From positions 1 through 50,311 of the forward strand of contig JBHIAH010000013.1 of NCBI GenBank assembly GCA_046758505.1: DNA of 50,311 nt, given 5' to 3'. Below the pieces are notes generated by a model. That model searched no databases. It had not been told where the DNA came from and worked only from the letters and a program-made list of their open reading frames with translations. Shown here piece by piece: positions 49,828 through 50,311 of this stretch (positions are counted from its first letter, which is position 1; every line of letters starts with the position of its first letter). Origin of the DNA: Candidatus Methylomirabilales bacterium (GTDB lineage: Bacteria; Methylomirabilota; Methylomirabilia; Methylomirabilales; CSP1-5). Position numbers and translations under genes: made by a program.

Positions 49828-50052
49828 ATGAAGCGCACAGTGGCACTACTCGTGATCCTCGCGGCCCTGGCGGGGCCGGCGCTCGCGTGGGCGGGTGAAG
49901 AAGTGTGGTCCGATGCAGACAGCGCCAACACCCAGGCATCCCACTACTTCCGCTCGCCGGAGACCAGTACCACCCAGAGCGAGGAGTCCGTGGAAGTCTC
50001 AGATCCGAACACCATCGTCGAGCCCGAGCAGGACGACGGCGATAGCGCGTAA
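49828..50052 (+). CDS. Small secreted acidic hypothetical protein
   Basis: GGAGG RBS, signal peptide MKRTVALLVILAALAGPALAWA, followed by a terminator. Confidence 0.75.
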   Translation: MKRTVALLVILAALAGPALAWAGEEVWSDADSANTQASHYFRSPETSTTQSEESVEVSDPNTIVEPEQDDGDSA

Positions 50053-50071
50053 CGAAAGACCGCCGACATCC

Positions 50072-50110
50072 AAAAGGGGATCCGGAAGTTTCCGGGTCCC
50101 CTTTTTATTT
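50072..50110. terminator. Probably bidirectional intrinsic terminator
   Basis: AAAAGGGGATCCGGAA-GT-TTCCGGGTCCCCTTTTTATTT between convergent genes. Confidence 0.75.
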
Positions 50111-50158
50111 CGACTGGTGCATAGGAGAGTAGACCGGCCTTCTCACCTCCAACACCCA

Positions 50159-50311
50159 TCACTTCATGCCACCGTCGCCAGGGCCGTCCTGCGGGTCCGG
50201 ATTCCACCAGTAGCGGGCCCGGATGATAAAATCTTGCTCCTGTCCCGTGACGGACATGGTGATGCGGAAGATTCCCTGATCCCCCACATCGAGGTAGTCC
50301 GGGCTCGGGAC
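50159..50311 (-). CDS. 3' end of a hypothetical protein (partial)
   Basis: Open frame from the window edge ...DQGIFRITMSVTGQEQDFIIRARYWWNPDPQDGPGDGGMK* converging on the terminator. Confidence 0.5.
   Translation of the reverse strand, partial: VPSPDYLDVGDQGIFRITMSVTGQEQDFIIRARYWWNPDPQDGPGDGGMK

Overview
GC-rich, diderm bacterial chromosome segment. Gene order resembles deltaproteobacteria or Methylomirabilota, but taxonomy is not certain. Nearly all genes are on the minus strand and most are housekeeping. In transcription order: PAP2/GT2/PAP2-polyprenyl synthase-GT9-lepA-lepB; CIRCE-hrcA-grpE-dnaJ-rsmE; a stand-alone 5'-3' exonuclease-coaE-rho-rpmE-prfA-prmC-murA-hisGDBHAF(IE); rpsU-yqeY-mutS2-dnaG-rpoD-tRNA-Ile2-zinc ribbon-RNase HI-DUF721; lpxC-ntrY/ntrX-like-HAMP protein-bactofilin; M48 peptidase; FAD/Fe-S oxidoreductase. 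The unusual content is mostly non-coding. (1) Several families of degenerate 7-bp tandem repeats form inverted, hairpin-forming dispersed elements that nest in each other, flank the tRNA, supply gene termini and sit in frame inside hisF and hisH. (2) A RAYT-like HUH (Y1) transposase is bounded by 25-bp inverted repeats with 7-bp periodicity. (3) A CTAG-flanked MITE is inserted at the rho stop codon. (4) An unidentified ~180-nt rod-like candidate ncRNA has its own sigma70-like promoter. (5) Sigma54-type promoter motifs precede lpxC and an M48 lipoprotein. All calls were made by eye; no searches were run and several start codons are judgement calls.
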